Shown here piece after piece: positions 28,819-38,083 of a stretch of 64,000 nucleotides of DNA (position 1 is its first letter; each line of letters starts with the position of its first letter). The notes beneath the pieces are model-generated. The model was not told the origin of the DNA. It worked only from the letters and a program-made list of their open reading frames with translations, and did no database searches. The position numbers were made by a program, and so were the translations under genes. Source of the stretch: Candidatus Latescibacterota bacterium (GTDB taxonomy: Bacteria > Latescibacterota > UBA2968 > UBA8231); the NCBI GenBank assembly GCA_965197905.1, contig CBDAOB010000004.1:736001-800000 (forward strand). The letters are read 5' to 3'.

Positions 28819-30324
28819 TCATCCTGGATGCTGCGCGGCTCCGTCCGCATCTGGTGCCTCGCCCTGGACCGACCGCAACACGCGATAAAGCCGGTTCCGG
28901 CTCGTGCCCAGTAGCTCCGCCGCCTTCGTCAGGTTCCCATCACAATGAGCCATCGCTTTTTCTAGAACCTTCGATTCAGCCTGCAGTGCAGCCGCATCGA
29001 GATCCAGCGGCAGCTCGTCTTCAGTGCTGATCCTAGTTTCCGTGTCCGCCGCCCCACCTTTCGGCGCCACTGGAAAATTCAAATGATGCACCTCGATTCC
29101 CTTGCCGCGACTCTCTATCACTGCCCGTTCGACGACGTTCTTCAGCTCCCGCACGTTGCCGGGAAAATCGTAGGTCTCCAGGCGGCCGACCGCCTCCGCG
29201 CTCAGGTCCGGCAGGTCGCATCCCATCTCCTCGGCGAACAGCCGTGCAAAGTGATTCGCCAACAGGCCGATGTCATCCCGGCGCTTGCGAAGCGGCGGCG
29301 TCTCAACGGTGTAGCGTGCCAGACGGTAGTAGAGATCCCGCCGAAACGAGCCTTCCTGAATCCAATTCTGAAAATCGACGTTGGTCGCTGCGAGAATGCG
29401 CACATCGACGTGCCGGCTTGCGGTCGCGCCCACCGGCCACACCTCCCCATCTTCGAGCACGCGCAGCAGCTTGGTCTGCAGTGCCGGCGGCATGTCCCCA
29501 ATCTCGTCGAGGAAAAGGGTGCCGCCGTGTGCCATCTCGAAATAGCCGATGCGATCCTCGCTGGCGCCCGTAAATGCGCCGCGCCGATGGCCGAACAGTA
29601 CCGACTCTACCAGGTCTGTGGGGATTGCGCCGCAGTTCACCGGGACAAACGGTCCGTCCCGGCGCTCGCTGCCATAGTGGATCGCCCGCGCGATCAGCTC
29701 TTTGCCGGTGCCGCTTTCGCCGGTGATCAGCACCGAGGTGGTGGGGTTCTCCTGCATGAGCTCGACCTCGGCAAAAATCTTGCGCATTGTCGAGCTGTCC
29801 CCGATAAGACCTTCCAGCCCCCAGCGTTCCTCTTCGCGGCGGGAAATCATCGAGAGTTGCCCGCGCAGAGATTTGCGCATGCTGATCTCACTCTCGAGCT
29901 CCCGATTCTTCTCTTCAAGGGCCAGATGCAACCGCCGGAGTTGGATGTGCGCCGTTACCCGTGCCAGCACCTCTTCTTCCCGGAAAGGTTTGACCACGTA
30001 GTCCACGCCACCGGCCTGGAAGCCGGCGATGACGGCCTCTTTCTCGTCCCGGCCGGTGAGGAATATGACCGGGATAGCTGCGGTCTCCGGTTCAGCTTTC
30101 AGGCGTCTGCAAACCTCGAAGCCATCCATTTCGGGCATGACGACATCGAGCAGAACAAGGTCCGGATTGGCCTGCTTGGCGATCTTTAGAGCCGCAGCTC
30201 CCTCGGTCGCGACCATTACCTTGTGTCCTCTTGCTTCGAGGACCTGCAGAAGCAGTTTGAGATTTGTCGGGTTGTCATCGACGGTCAGGACTCGAAAAGT
30301 TGTGTTGACTTGATCTGCGGTCAT
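28819..30324 (-). CDS. Sigma54-dependent response regulator (REC-AAA+-Fis HTH; NtrC/AtoC family)
   Basis: VDD..DVVMP; GESGTGKELIARAIH, ESVLFGHRRGAFTGA, LFLDEIG, FRRDLYYRL, PGNVRELKN, AAELLGTSRNRLYR. Confidence 0.95.
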   Translation of the reverse strand: MTADQVNTTFRVLTVDDNPTNLKLLLQVLEARGHKVMVATEGAAALKIAKQANPDLVLLDVVMPEMDGFEVCRRLKAEPETAAIPVIFLTGRDEKEAVIAGFQAGGVDYVVKPFREEEVLARVTAHIQLRRLHLALEEKNRELESEISMRKSLRGQLSMISRREEERWGLEGLIGDSSTMRKIFAEVELMQENPTTSVLITGESGTGKELIARAIHYGSERRDGPFVPVNCGAIPTDLVESVLFGHRRGAFTGASEDRIGYFEMAHGGTLFLDEIGDMPPALQTKLLRVLEDGEVWPVGATASRHVDVRILAATNVDFQNWIQEGSFRRDLYYRLARYTVETPPLRKRRDDIGLLANHFARLFAEEMGCDLPDLSAEAVGRLETYDFPGNVRELKNVVERAVIESRGKGIEVHHLNFPVAPKGGAADTETRISTEDELPLDLDAAALQAESKVLEKAMAHCDGNLTKAAELLGTSRNRLYRVLRSVQGEAPDADGAAQHPG

Positions 30325-30350
30325 TGCCAGTTGGCTTCCACATGATGGAT

Positions 30351-30367
30351 GGCAAAGGACATGCCAA
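30351..30367 (-). promoter_or_regulatory. Sigma54 -24/-12 promoter of the bEBP-fliM-fliN-fliN-fliG::kinase operon
   Basis: Minus strand TTGGCATGTCCTTTGCC = GG-N10-GC, 27 nt upstream of the bEBP ATG. Confidence 0.8.
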
Positions 30368-30457
30368 ACCTGAACGAGCCACTGCTAGAGTGGTATAACT
30401 TATTGTAAATTATCGTTTAAACTTGATTTCATAGCGATGGGATCAACGGGCAAGGTG

Positions 30458-30610
30458 CGTACCGAAATCGGTACGTACGCCACGCATTCGGAGCACCGCT
30501 ACGCTAGGAAATCGGTACGAGGAACCAGGCGAACCCTGTTTGGAACGCACACAGTGTACGGAAGACTCGGGCAGATTCCTACTTCGCATTTCTGCTAGGT
30601 TTTCGGTACA
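30458..30610 (-). promoter_or_regulatory. Putative bEBP enhancer sites (18-mers at 30458, 30502, 30593)
   Basis: Palindrome CGTACCGA-AA-TCGGTACG; minus-strand CGTACCGATTTCCTAGCG and TGTACCGAAAACCTAGCA; IHF-like TAACTTATTGTAA at 30396-30408 lies between them and the promoter. Confidence 0.65.
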
Positions 30611-30736
30611 GAGTCTGATTCAGGTCGGCAGCGAATTGAAGCGTGGACACCCTCAACAAGGATGACAGGTTTTGACAGAGACTACTGAGGTTTGGAAGAG
30701 ACACCCCCGGGAGCGGGCGCCTTCAGGTCTAGCCAA

Positions 30737-30890
30737 TCATCTATACAATGGATTGGTATGATCGAAACGGCAACCGGCATTCCACACCGAGCACTGGTTT
30801 CCGTGCGCCAGAATACCCCCCGGTCCTGGTGTAGCAGGTTCCAGGTCATGAACGTGGGATTGCGATTGTGAAATCGTTTCAGCCGCCGGA
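30737..30890 (-). pseudogene. Possible degraded remnant of a small uncharacterised gene
   Basis: Minus-strand frame SHVHDLEPATPGPGGILAHGNQCSVWNAGCRFDHTNPLYR* has no start codon; from memory it resembles the C-terminus of a hypothetical protein family ending WDAGxRFDxxNPxYR. Confidence 0.3.
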
Positions 30891-30934
30891 ACGTGGGTCG
30901 AGGTAGGAAGACCCCGGTCCCGGCCAACCCCTTC

Positions 30935-32089
30935 TCACGTTGGAACAGGCGGGCTGGCAGACTCCCAGCTAGTGATGAAATCCTCGACGCTGAAATTCTC
31001 CGGCATCTCGTAGAAGTAATATTTCATCGCCTGGTTTTGAAACAGCGACTCATACTGCTCGGTGTCCGCCGTTAGTTCCTCCTCCAGCGCTCCGAACCGA
31101 TCCCAGAGCTGGTCCAGTTCCGCGGCGGTAAGGCGCGCACCGAGGTCCTTGACGGCCTTGGTGACTTGCCAGTCGTCGGAATCCGAATCCTTGTACTTGC
31201 GGACCATGGCGGCGATTTTCGACAGCACGATCAGTGAGGTCATGCGCGCGTGCTCACTTGGATGCAACGTCTCGAACGCCTTTACAAACGCTCCCCGGTC
31301 TCGCTCTATCATGGCGCTGAACGTCGCCGCGATCTCGTCCAGGTGTTGCGCATGCAGCTGATCGAACTGTTTGCACTTGGCCGCACACTCGGAAGAAAGG
31401 TGCCCTACGAAATCGACGCCGATGGGATCGGGAATCGTGTGACCGAACCCCTTGTTGCCGACCGCATGATATCCCCCGTGAAACGTGCGCCGTTTGATCT
31501 CACCGTTCGGGGCAGCGCTGTGCAGAAAACAGTTGATGTAGATCACCCCATCGCCGGCCTTGAGATCGACCGGCATGGCGCCTGGCAGCGGCACGACCCC
31601 CATGCGGCGCTCGATTTTTCTTTCCTCGGCGTTGTTTCGCCTTTGATGGCTCCCTGGAATGATATGAAGAAAGCTGTCGTCGTAGAGCGCGATGTGCCAT
31701 TGCAGATAAGGGGGACCGTTCAGTCGAATGTCCTCCTGCAGGCCATCGAGTGGCGCCATATCGATGGGATGAATGTCCCGGTGCCATCCCGTGCCCGAAG
31801 CGATCAGCACCCACATTCCTGAGGGAATCACCTCCGGGACATTCATCAATTCACGGCTGAATCCGAGGGTGCGCTCGTCGAAAAGGAATTCAACCGCGTC
31901 CGCGGTCTCCGGTTCAACCCACTCGGTGGTGATCACTCGACTCTCTACCCCGGCATCGGTTGCCCGCTGAACGATGCGATCGACACTGTTGCGCAACCGT
32001 TGCAGTTCCTCTGGCGGAATCATGTCGCGAACAATGACATACCCCAGCTCCATGAGCTGCTCTCGCTGCGCTTCGATGGTTGCTGTCAT
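30935..32089 (-). CDS. Phytanoyl-CoA dioxygenase (PhyH)-family Fe(II)/2OG dioxygenase
   Basis: GYVIVRDMI, GWHRD, IIPGSHQR, LKAGDGVI..FLH, RRTFH. Confidence 0.85.
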   Translation of the reverse strand: MTATIEAQREQLMELGYVIVRDMIPPEELQRLRNSVDRIVQRATDAGVESRVITTEWVEPETADAVEFLFDERTLGFSRELMNVPEVIPSGMWVLIASGTGWHRDIHPIDMAPLDGLQEDIRLNGPPYLQWHIALYDDSFLHIIPGSHQRRNNAEERKIERRMGVVPLPGAMPVDLKAGDGVIYINCFLHSAAPNGEIKRRTFHGGYHAVGNKGFGHTIPDPIGVDFVGHLSSECAAKCKQFDQLHAQHLDEIAATFSAMIERDRGAFVKAFETLHPSEHARMTSLIVLSKIAAMVRKYKDSDSDDWQVTKAVKDLGARLTAAELDQLWDRFGALEEELTADTEQYESLFQNQAMKYYFYEMPENFSVEDFITSWESASPPVPT

Positions 32090-32100
32090 GGTTTCTCCCT

Positions 32101-32937
32101 TCAGACTGTTATATCCGCAAGAATCTCCAAGGTCTCCTCTACGGAGACCTCGTCTGGCTCGCCGGCGTGCTCAAGATACTTTCGCGTCTTTCCGTTGAGA
32201 ACACCATAGAATCCGCGAACCTCCTCATCCGGATGATCCCTCCAGAGCTCCGTTGGTATGTAGGACACTTCGCTCAGGTGGTCGCGACGGCGATGACCGT
32301 AATAGATCTGCACTGATTTTCGTTCGTGCGGGGTCGGCCTCACGGTGACCGTGTGTAAGCTGGAGGCGTCGAAGAGAATCGCAGTGCCGGCGCAACCGTA
32401 GACATCGTGAATGCCGCCGCGGGCCAGCTGTGCTTCCGCGTCCAGCAGTTCCTCATCCGCCGCTTCGGGCGAGATGGCGAAGCTATGGGTCTCTTCGTTA
32501 ACGTCGGTCAGGTAGACCATCAGCTGGACATAGCCCAGACGCAGCGGGTGTTCCGGCCAAATGAAACGCCCGCCGCCGTCGCGGTGCCAGCGATGCCCAA
32601 CCGATCCCTCCCATGAGGTTATTCCTTTGATCGGTTCGCCGTCGTAGGCCGCCATGTGCCGCAGACTGATCTCCGAGAAACAGACCTCGCCGTCGAACAG
32701 CAGCTGGAGGTGCTTCAGGACCGTCGGGTGGCGAATGATCTCGTCGAATTCGGGCGCTGTCAGCAGTTGGTGGCAATGGGAGCTTTGCCAGATAACGTTA
32801 CTCCTCCAGAAGCGGTCGTACTGGCTGCGATTCCGATCGAAGAGCTCGGCAAAACGGGTCACCTCGTCATCGTTCAAGAGCTTGCCAAGCGTCAGGTAGC
32901 CGTTCTCTTTGAAAAAATCGTACTCTTCCTTGCCGAT
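32101..32937 (-). CDS. PhyH-family dioxygenase (start codon uncertain)
   Basis: FFKENGYLTLGKLL, RWHRD, VYLTDV, AGTAILFDASSLH, RKSVQIYY; TAAGGAG SD followed by ATC at 32937. Confidence 0.8.
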   Translation of the reverse strand: MGKEEYDFFKENGYLTLGKLLNDDEVTRFAELFDRNRSQYDRFWRSNVIWQSSHCHQLLTAPEFDEIIRHPTVLKHLQLLFDGEVCFSEISLRHMAAYDGEPIKGITSWEGSVGHRWHRDGGGRFIWPEHPLRLGYVQLMVYLTDVNEETHSFAISPEAADEELLDAEAQLARGGIHDVYGCAGTAILFDASSLHTVTVRPTPHERKSVQIYYGHRRRDHLSEVSYIPTELWRDHPDEEVRGFYGVLNGKTRKYLEHAGEPDEVSVEETLEILADITV

Positions 32938-32947
32938 CGCGAGCTCC

Positions 32948-34015
32948 TTATACCTGCTCCTCGACGCCGGACGCGGTCGACCGGTAAGCCGCATCCAGAA
33001 GCTCGATCGTGCGTTTGCCGGCCCATCCCGGCGAGAGATTCTCTGCGGTTTTTCCCAGGATGAGATCGACGAAATTGTGGGGCGGCCCGGCGCCATCGTA
33101 GCTACCGGAATCAGGTTCGACCTCCGCCACCACGTGGCTGCAATCGTAGCGCCGCAGCTCCATGCGCTCACGCTCGAAATCCACCAGCAACATGCCCTCC
33201 GGCCCGAACAGGCGAATGTCCACGTGGGAACGGCATTTGTGCGGCACGGACCCGGCACCGCTGACCGTGCCGATGGCGCCGTTGGCGAAACGCACCGTGA
33301 TGGCGTCGTAGATGTCCACCTTCGAACCCGGGGCTGTCATCAAGCTGAATACACTCGTGGGTTGGAGGTCGCTGAGCCAGAACATCAAGCCCAGCGCATG
33401 GGTCAGCTGGCCGTAACCGTAACCGCCAGCGGCGACCTTGGGATCAGCCCATGTGGAGCTGGCCGGTTGGAACAGGGCATCGGTCCAGGTACCTTTCTTA
33501 GTTCTACCTTCACCGGACAACAGGCTGCGCGTCCCGGATGCCATATGGCAGAGGACATATTCGATGAGACCGAGCTGTCCATCATCGATTAGTTTTTTGG
33601 CCTGCTTGACGAACGGCGCATAGTTCCAGCCATAGACGACCAAGATATGCAGATTCCCCGCATCGGCCGTATCGACGAGCCTCCTTGCTTCGTCAGCATC
33701 GGTGGTCATCGGCTTTTCAACCAGTACATGCAGACCCCGTTCGAGGGCGGCGTTGGCATGTTCGAAGTGTGTGGTGTGCGGTGACGCGACAACGACGGCG
33801 TCCAGCTCGCAGTTGTCCAGGAGGTCGAGGTAATCTTCGGTCGCATAAGCAAAACCGTAGGTATCCTTGACCTGTCGCAGCTCGTCTTTTCCCAGTCGGC
33901 ATACACCGACGAACTCGACGTCGTCGCGTTGAGAGAGCACGGGCATGTGATTGGCCGTTGCCCACCAGCCGGCCCCGATGAAACCCATCCGCACTTTGTT
34001 GTTCGAGCTACTCAT
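32948..34015 (-). CDS. Gfo/Idh/MocA-family oxidoreductase
   Basis: GFIGAGWWA, DAVVVASPHTTH, HVLVEKPM, GGYGYGQLTH. Confidence 0.92.
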   Translation of the reverse strand: MSSSNNKVRMGFIGAGWWATANHMPVLSQRDDVEFVGVCRLGKDELRQVKDTYGFAYATEDYLDLLDNCELDAVVVASPHTTHFEHANAALERGLHVLVEKPMTTDADEARRLVDTADAGNLHILVVYGWNYAPFVKQAKKLIDDGQLGLIEYVLCHMASGTRSLLSGEGRTKKGTWTDALFQPASSTWADPKVAAGGYGYGQLTHALGLMFWLSDLQPTSVFSLMTAPGSKVDIYDAITVRFANGAIGTVSGAGSVPHKCRSHVDIRLFGPEGMLLVDFERERMELRRYDCSHVVAEVEPDSGSYDGAGPPHNFVDLILGKTAENLSPGWAGKRTIELLDAAYRSTASGVEEQV

Positions 34016-34131
34016 TCGTGTCGCCCATTGTTCCCGTGAAAACACGCCGAAACGGCGGCCAACTTAGCAAGCCAGCCGCCGCAATCTCAAACAGCAACCT
34101 TCGATGCTGTAAACAACACTATATTGTGCTC

Positions 34132-36003
34132 ATGGCAATATTCAAATTCGGGACGACGGAGCCGTCGCTCCTCCATTGGCAGCCTTGGTTGAGTGTCTGT
34201 TTGCTCCTGGGCTGGGGACAGACCTACGCGGATCTGGTTCTGATCGAAGACGGACAGCCGCGCAGCACTATTGTGGTTGATGCGGAGCGCTCTGAAAAGG
34301 AGCATCTGGCCGCAACCGAACTCCAGAATTATCTGGCGAGGATTACCGGCGCACAGGTGCCGAGTACTCACGACACGAATAGGATGGACGGCCCGCGTAT
34401 CCTGGTTGGACGCAGCGCGGCGGCGGACGCGCTTTCGTTGGAGGTAGCTGAGCTTGGAAGGGACGGGTATCTGATCCAGGTGGTTGGACCAGACCTGGTG
34501 CTCCGCGGCAAGACCGAACAGGGCACCCTGAACGCGGTTTACGCCTTCCTCGAGAATCACCTGGACGTGCGCTGGTTCATGCCTGGCGAGCTGGGCGAGG
34601 ATATCATACCACGCTCGACCGTCCGCCTCGCCGGTGATCTGCGCGAGACGCGCACCCCCGATTTTATGGCACTCTACGGACTCAAGTGGTCCGGACACAG
34701 CTCGGGAGCTCCGGCCTGGGAACGGCGAAACCGGGCGTGGCTGGGACCCCCACGCTACTTCTTCGAACACTCCTTCCATTTCATCATCCTGGAGACAGAC
34801 AAGGAACGCGAGGCCCATCCCGACTGGTTCGCCCGCGACATCCACGGCAAACACAAACGCTCGGGCCAGCTCTGCACCACAAACCCCGAGGTCGTCCAGG
34901 TCGCCATCGACAAAGCAGTAGAGTACTTCGCCAAGCGCCCGGAGGCTGCCACCTTCGGCCTGGCGCCGGAAGACGGAAGTGGCAGCAGCTTCTGCGAGTG
35001 CGACCGCTGCCTGGCCCTGGATGCGAAACTGGGAATTAGCGACGGAACCATAACCGATCGACTGATGGTGTTCTGCAACCAGGTGGCTCAGGGGCTGCGG
35101 CAGATCGACTCCGAGAAGTACGGGGAGAAATATCTGGGGTTTCTCGCTTATCAGAACTACACCACCCCACCGCAGAAGGTAGTACCGGACGAGATGATCC
35201 TGGTCGTGATCACCCACATGCATTGGGATTTCTGCGACACCCATCCGCTGGAGAATCCCGACTGCAGACCCAACGCCCAGTTCCTGGAGTGGCTCGAGGG
35301 GTGGCTGGCGGCAAGCCAGCATGTGGGGGTCTACGACTACTTTGGTCACAACGAGTTCTACGTACCCTGGCCTCTGTGGAACACAACCATCCCCCAGCAT
35401 ATCCGCACCTACAAGCGGCTTGGTGTGGAATCCCTCATCGTCGAGTCGCAACAGAACTGGGCGAATCAGGGGATGAATTTCTACGTCACCGCCAAACTGG
35501 CGTGGAGTGTTGACCGCGACATGGAAGGGTTATGGTCCGACTTCTACGAACGCTTCTACGGGCCGGCAGAAAAACCGATGCGGCGCTACTGGACCCGCTG
35601 GGAGCGGGCGATGGTGGAAAGCAATGGTCATCAGTGGGACTGGATCAAGGCATATACCCCGGCTGTGATCACGGAATGCCGCCGATATCTGGAGGATGCG
35701 TGGCACTCCGTCGAACAGGCGGAGGGCAGCCAGGACTACGAGACAACCAGGTTGGAGAAGGTGCGGGGCCGGCTGCGGCTGGCCGAGGAGGGGTTCAGAC
35801 ACACCGACATGTGGTACCAGATGCGCCGGGCGAAGGAGGCGAAGCAGTGGGCGACAGCCATCGGGCTAGCCGAGGAGGTGATTGCTCACATCGAATCGAC
35901 CAAAGGCTCAGAGCCACAGGTCTTCATCGAGTGGCTCGCGTTGCGGCACATCTTCGAACAGGAGATGGCGATACTCAAGAAGCGGATGCAGGCGGAGCGC
36001 TGA
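34132..36003 (+). CDS. Exported DUF4838-like protein (GH67/GH20-type N-terminal domain plus TIM barrel)
   Basis: Signal peptide; AATELQNYLARITGA, DGYLI..LVLRG..GTLNAVYAFLE..VRWFMPG, QLCTTNPEV, CECDRC, LAYQNY..PP, AKLAW..FYGPA. Confidence 0.75.
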   Translation: MAIFKFGTTEPSLLHWQPWLSVCLLLGWGQTYADLVLIEDGQPRSTIVVDAERSEKEHLAATELQNYLARITGAQVPSTHDTNRMDGPRILVGRSAAADALSLEVAELGRDGYLIQVVGPDLVLRGKTEQGTLNAVYAFLENHLDVRWFMPGELGEDIIPRSTVRLAGDLRETRTPDFMALYGLKWSGHSSGAPAWERRNRAWLGPPRYFFEHSFHFIILETDKEREAHPDWFARDIHGKHKRSGQLCTTNPEVVQVAIDKAVEYFAKRPEAATFGLAPEDGSGSSFCECDRCLALDAKLGISDGTITDRLMVFCNQVAQGLRQIDSEKYGEKYLGFLAYQNYTTPPQKVVPDEMILVVITHMHWDFCDTHPLENPDCRPNAQFLEWLEGWLAASQHVGVYDYFGHNEFYVPWPLWNTTIPQHIRTYKRLGVESLIVESQQNWANQGMNFYVTAKLAWSVDRDMEGLWSDFYERFYGPAEKPMRRYWTRWERAMVESNGHQWDWIKAYTPAVITECRRYLEDAWHSVEQAEGSQDYETTRLEKVRGRLRLAEEGFRHTDMWYQMRRAKEAKQWATAIGLAEEVIAHIESTKGSEPQVFIEWLALRHIFEQEMAILKKRMQAER

Positions 36004-36019
36004 GATTCGTTGGTATTCC

Positions 36020-38083
36020 TCAACCCACGACGAGTGCCGGTTTCCGCGTCTCACGCAAACGATCGACGGCTCGCGTCTCTTCATCGGGATTCAACCGACA
36101 GCTCGTTCCCGCCGCCAGATCGTAGACCGTGAGCTCCCCGTGGAGATTAATCTTATCGAGGCTCTCGATCTCTCCCGAACCCCCGCGACCGGACGAGAGC
36201 AACCAGATCCGCTTCGTCGTGCTCTGCAACTCCACGATGCCCGATGGCGTATCGCCGGTTATCTGGTAGGTCTGTTCGTCCGCGAAAAGGATCGTGTTCA
36301 AACATCGCAGCGCATGAAAGACCGGCCTGGGGTTGGAAAGTCGATCCAGCAAACCGTAGTTGATGTCACTGGCGCGATCCACATCCACTAACGGATCGAA
36401 GAATAGCCGGCACCCGGCTCCGGTTGCCGCCCCCACCAGCGCCTCTACGGCTCGACTCAACTGAGCTTCTTCATCGACGCCGGCAAGCGGAACCACCAGG
36501 TCGATGCCCTCTATCTGACTCAACGGCAGGAGCTCGATGAATTCCAGAATCGTCTCCCATGTCGGCTCGGTGGCGTCGACATGACAGAGAACGCGATCCA
36601 TGCGTAACCCGGCTTCAGCCAGCGTTTCGTTGCAGGTAGAAAGCTCCCTGCTGCGATAGCCGATGCGGGTGCGCGGATGGAAATATCCGGGGGCCTTCTC
36701 CTGGGCCATCAACGGAGCCAGCGTAATCGGAATCCCGGTCTGCCGGCGACACTCGGCGATGGCGTTCAGGCAGGGCTCGTCAGGCCGCAGCGCTCCAGCC
36801 ACCTGAACTTCCAATGCGTCGATCTGATTTCGAAAGGCTGCTGCCCGCTCCTTCAGATCGAGGCCATCCTGCCAAAGACAGACCGCCGTCAGGTCGATTC
36901 CCATCTCCCGGACGAGTTGCAGCCGCCGGCGCTGTACCTCGTCTTCCAGATCGGACACGGGAAAGCGCAGGTGACGTATCCCCAGTTCCAGGCAGGCCAG
37001 GAAGGGGTAATCGTCGCGCACCTTCTGGCGCACCATGTCGGGCCATGCCTGCACGCCAGGCGTAGTTGGAGCGAATGGCAAACGGAGATTCACCCCCAAG
37101 GGTGAATTCTGCAGATCGTGAGAAAGACGGGTAAGCGATCGAGGAAATGTCTGCGCGGCGCCGTTGCCGTCTTCGAGCGTTTCCGTTTCACCGTTTGTGC
37201 GAATCAGATGTATGTCCACCCCGCTCCCACAGACCCTAGCCAGGTAGAAACCAAGCTTGTCCAGATCGTTCTTGCCCCGGTGATCGGGCAGGACCGGAAA
37301 CACCTCGTTGAAGCCCGGTCGCGAGGTGGTCGTCGACGGCACGATGAAGAATCGCGTTTCACCGATGCGGTTGTAGGCAGCAAAATGGGTGTGACCTGAA
37401 CAGAGCAGCTCCACCCTGTATTTCCGCATCAGCTTCAACAGCCAGGCTCGAGGCGCTTCGTCGAGGCAGTTGTAGGAGCCGAACCCCGGTTCGTTTTCAT
37501 CGACGAAGAAAGGTGGCAGGTGAAGGAAGAGGAAGATTCGTTTGCCGGCGTTGTATGCAAGATCCTGTTCGAACCATTCCGCTTGTTCTTCCGCCTCGGG
37601 TAATGGCCCGCCCATGATCTGGGTGTTCAGCCCGATGCAGTGCACGTCTTCGTAGTCGAAGCTGAACCAGGATTGACCGAACTGTTCGTGCCATTCCGCC
37701 AGGTCCTGGGGTTGGACCCAGGGTGCCGGCACCGTGAGATTCGGTTTGTCACCGATATCCATATTGCCGGGAATGTGATGGGGTTGCAGTTCATGTCGCC
37801 TGATCTGCGCGCGCGCTTCCTGGCGCGATTCGGCGAAGTCGTCGGTACCGGGAAACTCCTGCGCCAGATCTCCGAGGTGAATGACGAACGCAGGTTCGAG
37901 TGCGGCGGCCAACTGAAAGGCGCGTTCGGCGCGGGCCGGCCACTCGCGGGTGTAACGGAGGTCCTGAGAGTCGGAGCCGGAGGCGTAGATCTCCGGATCG
38001 CGGATGTAGTGGGTATCGCCGATGATGACGAACTCGAACTCGGCCGGCGGCAGGAGCGTGCGATCGAAGAGGGGTACGCTCAT
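36020..38083 (-). CDS. Calcineurin-like metallophosphoesterase with uncharacterised C-terminal domain
   Basis: GDTH, HLGD, PGNMD, FLHLP, SGHTH motifs. Confidence 0.82.
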   Translation of the reverse strand: MSVPLFDRTLLPPAEFEFVIIGDTHYIRDPEIYASGSDSQDLRYTREWPARAERAFQLAAALEPAFVIHLGDLAQEFPGTDDFAESRQEARAQIRRHELQPHHIPGNMDIGDKPNLTVPAPWVQPQDLAEWHEQFGQSWFSFDYEDVHCIGLNTQIMGGPLPEAEEQAEWFEQDLAYNAGKRIFLFLHLPPFFVDENEPGFGSYNCLDEAPRAWLLKLMRKYRVELLCSGHTHFAAYNRIGETRFFIVPSTTTSRPGFNEVFPVLPDHRGKNDLDKLGFYLARVCGSGVDIHLIRTNGETETLEDGNGAAQTFPRSLTRLSHDLQNSPLGVNLRLPFAPTTPGVQAWPDMVRQKVRDDYPFLACLELGIRHLRFPVSDLEDEVQRRRLQLVREMGIDLTAVCLWQDGLDLKERAAAFRNQIDALEVQVAGALRPDEPCLNAIAECRRQTGIPITLAPLMAQEKAPGYFHPRTRIGYRSRELSTCNETLAEAGLRMDRVLCHVDATEPTWETILEFIELLPLSQIEGIDLVVPLAGVDEEAQLSRAVEALVGAATGAGCRLFFDPLVDVDRASDINYGLLDRLSNPRPVFHALRCLNTILFADEQTYQITGDTPSGIVELQSTTKRIWLLSSGRGGSGEIESLDKINLHGELTVYDLAAGTSCRLNPDEETRAVDRLRETRKPALVVG

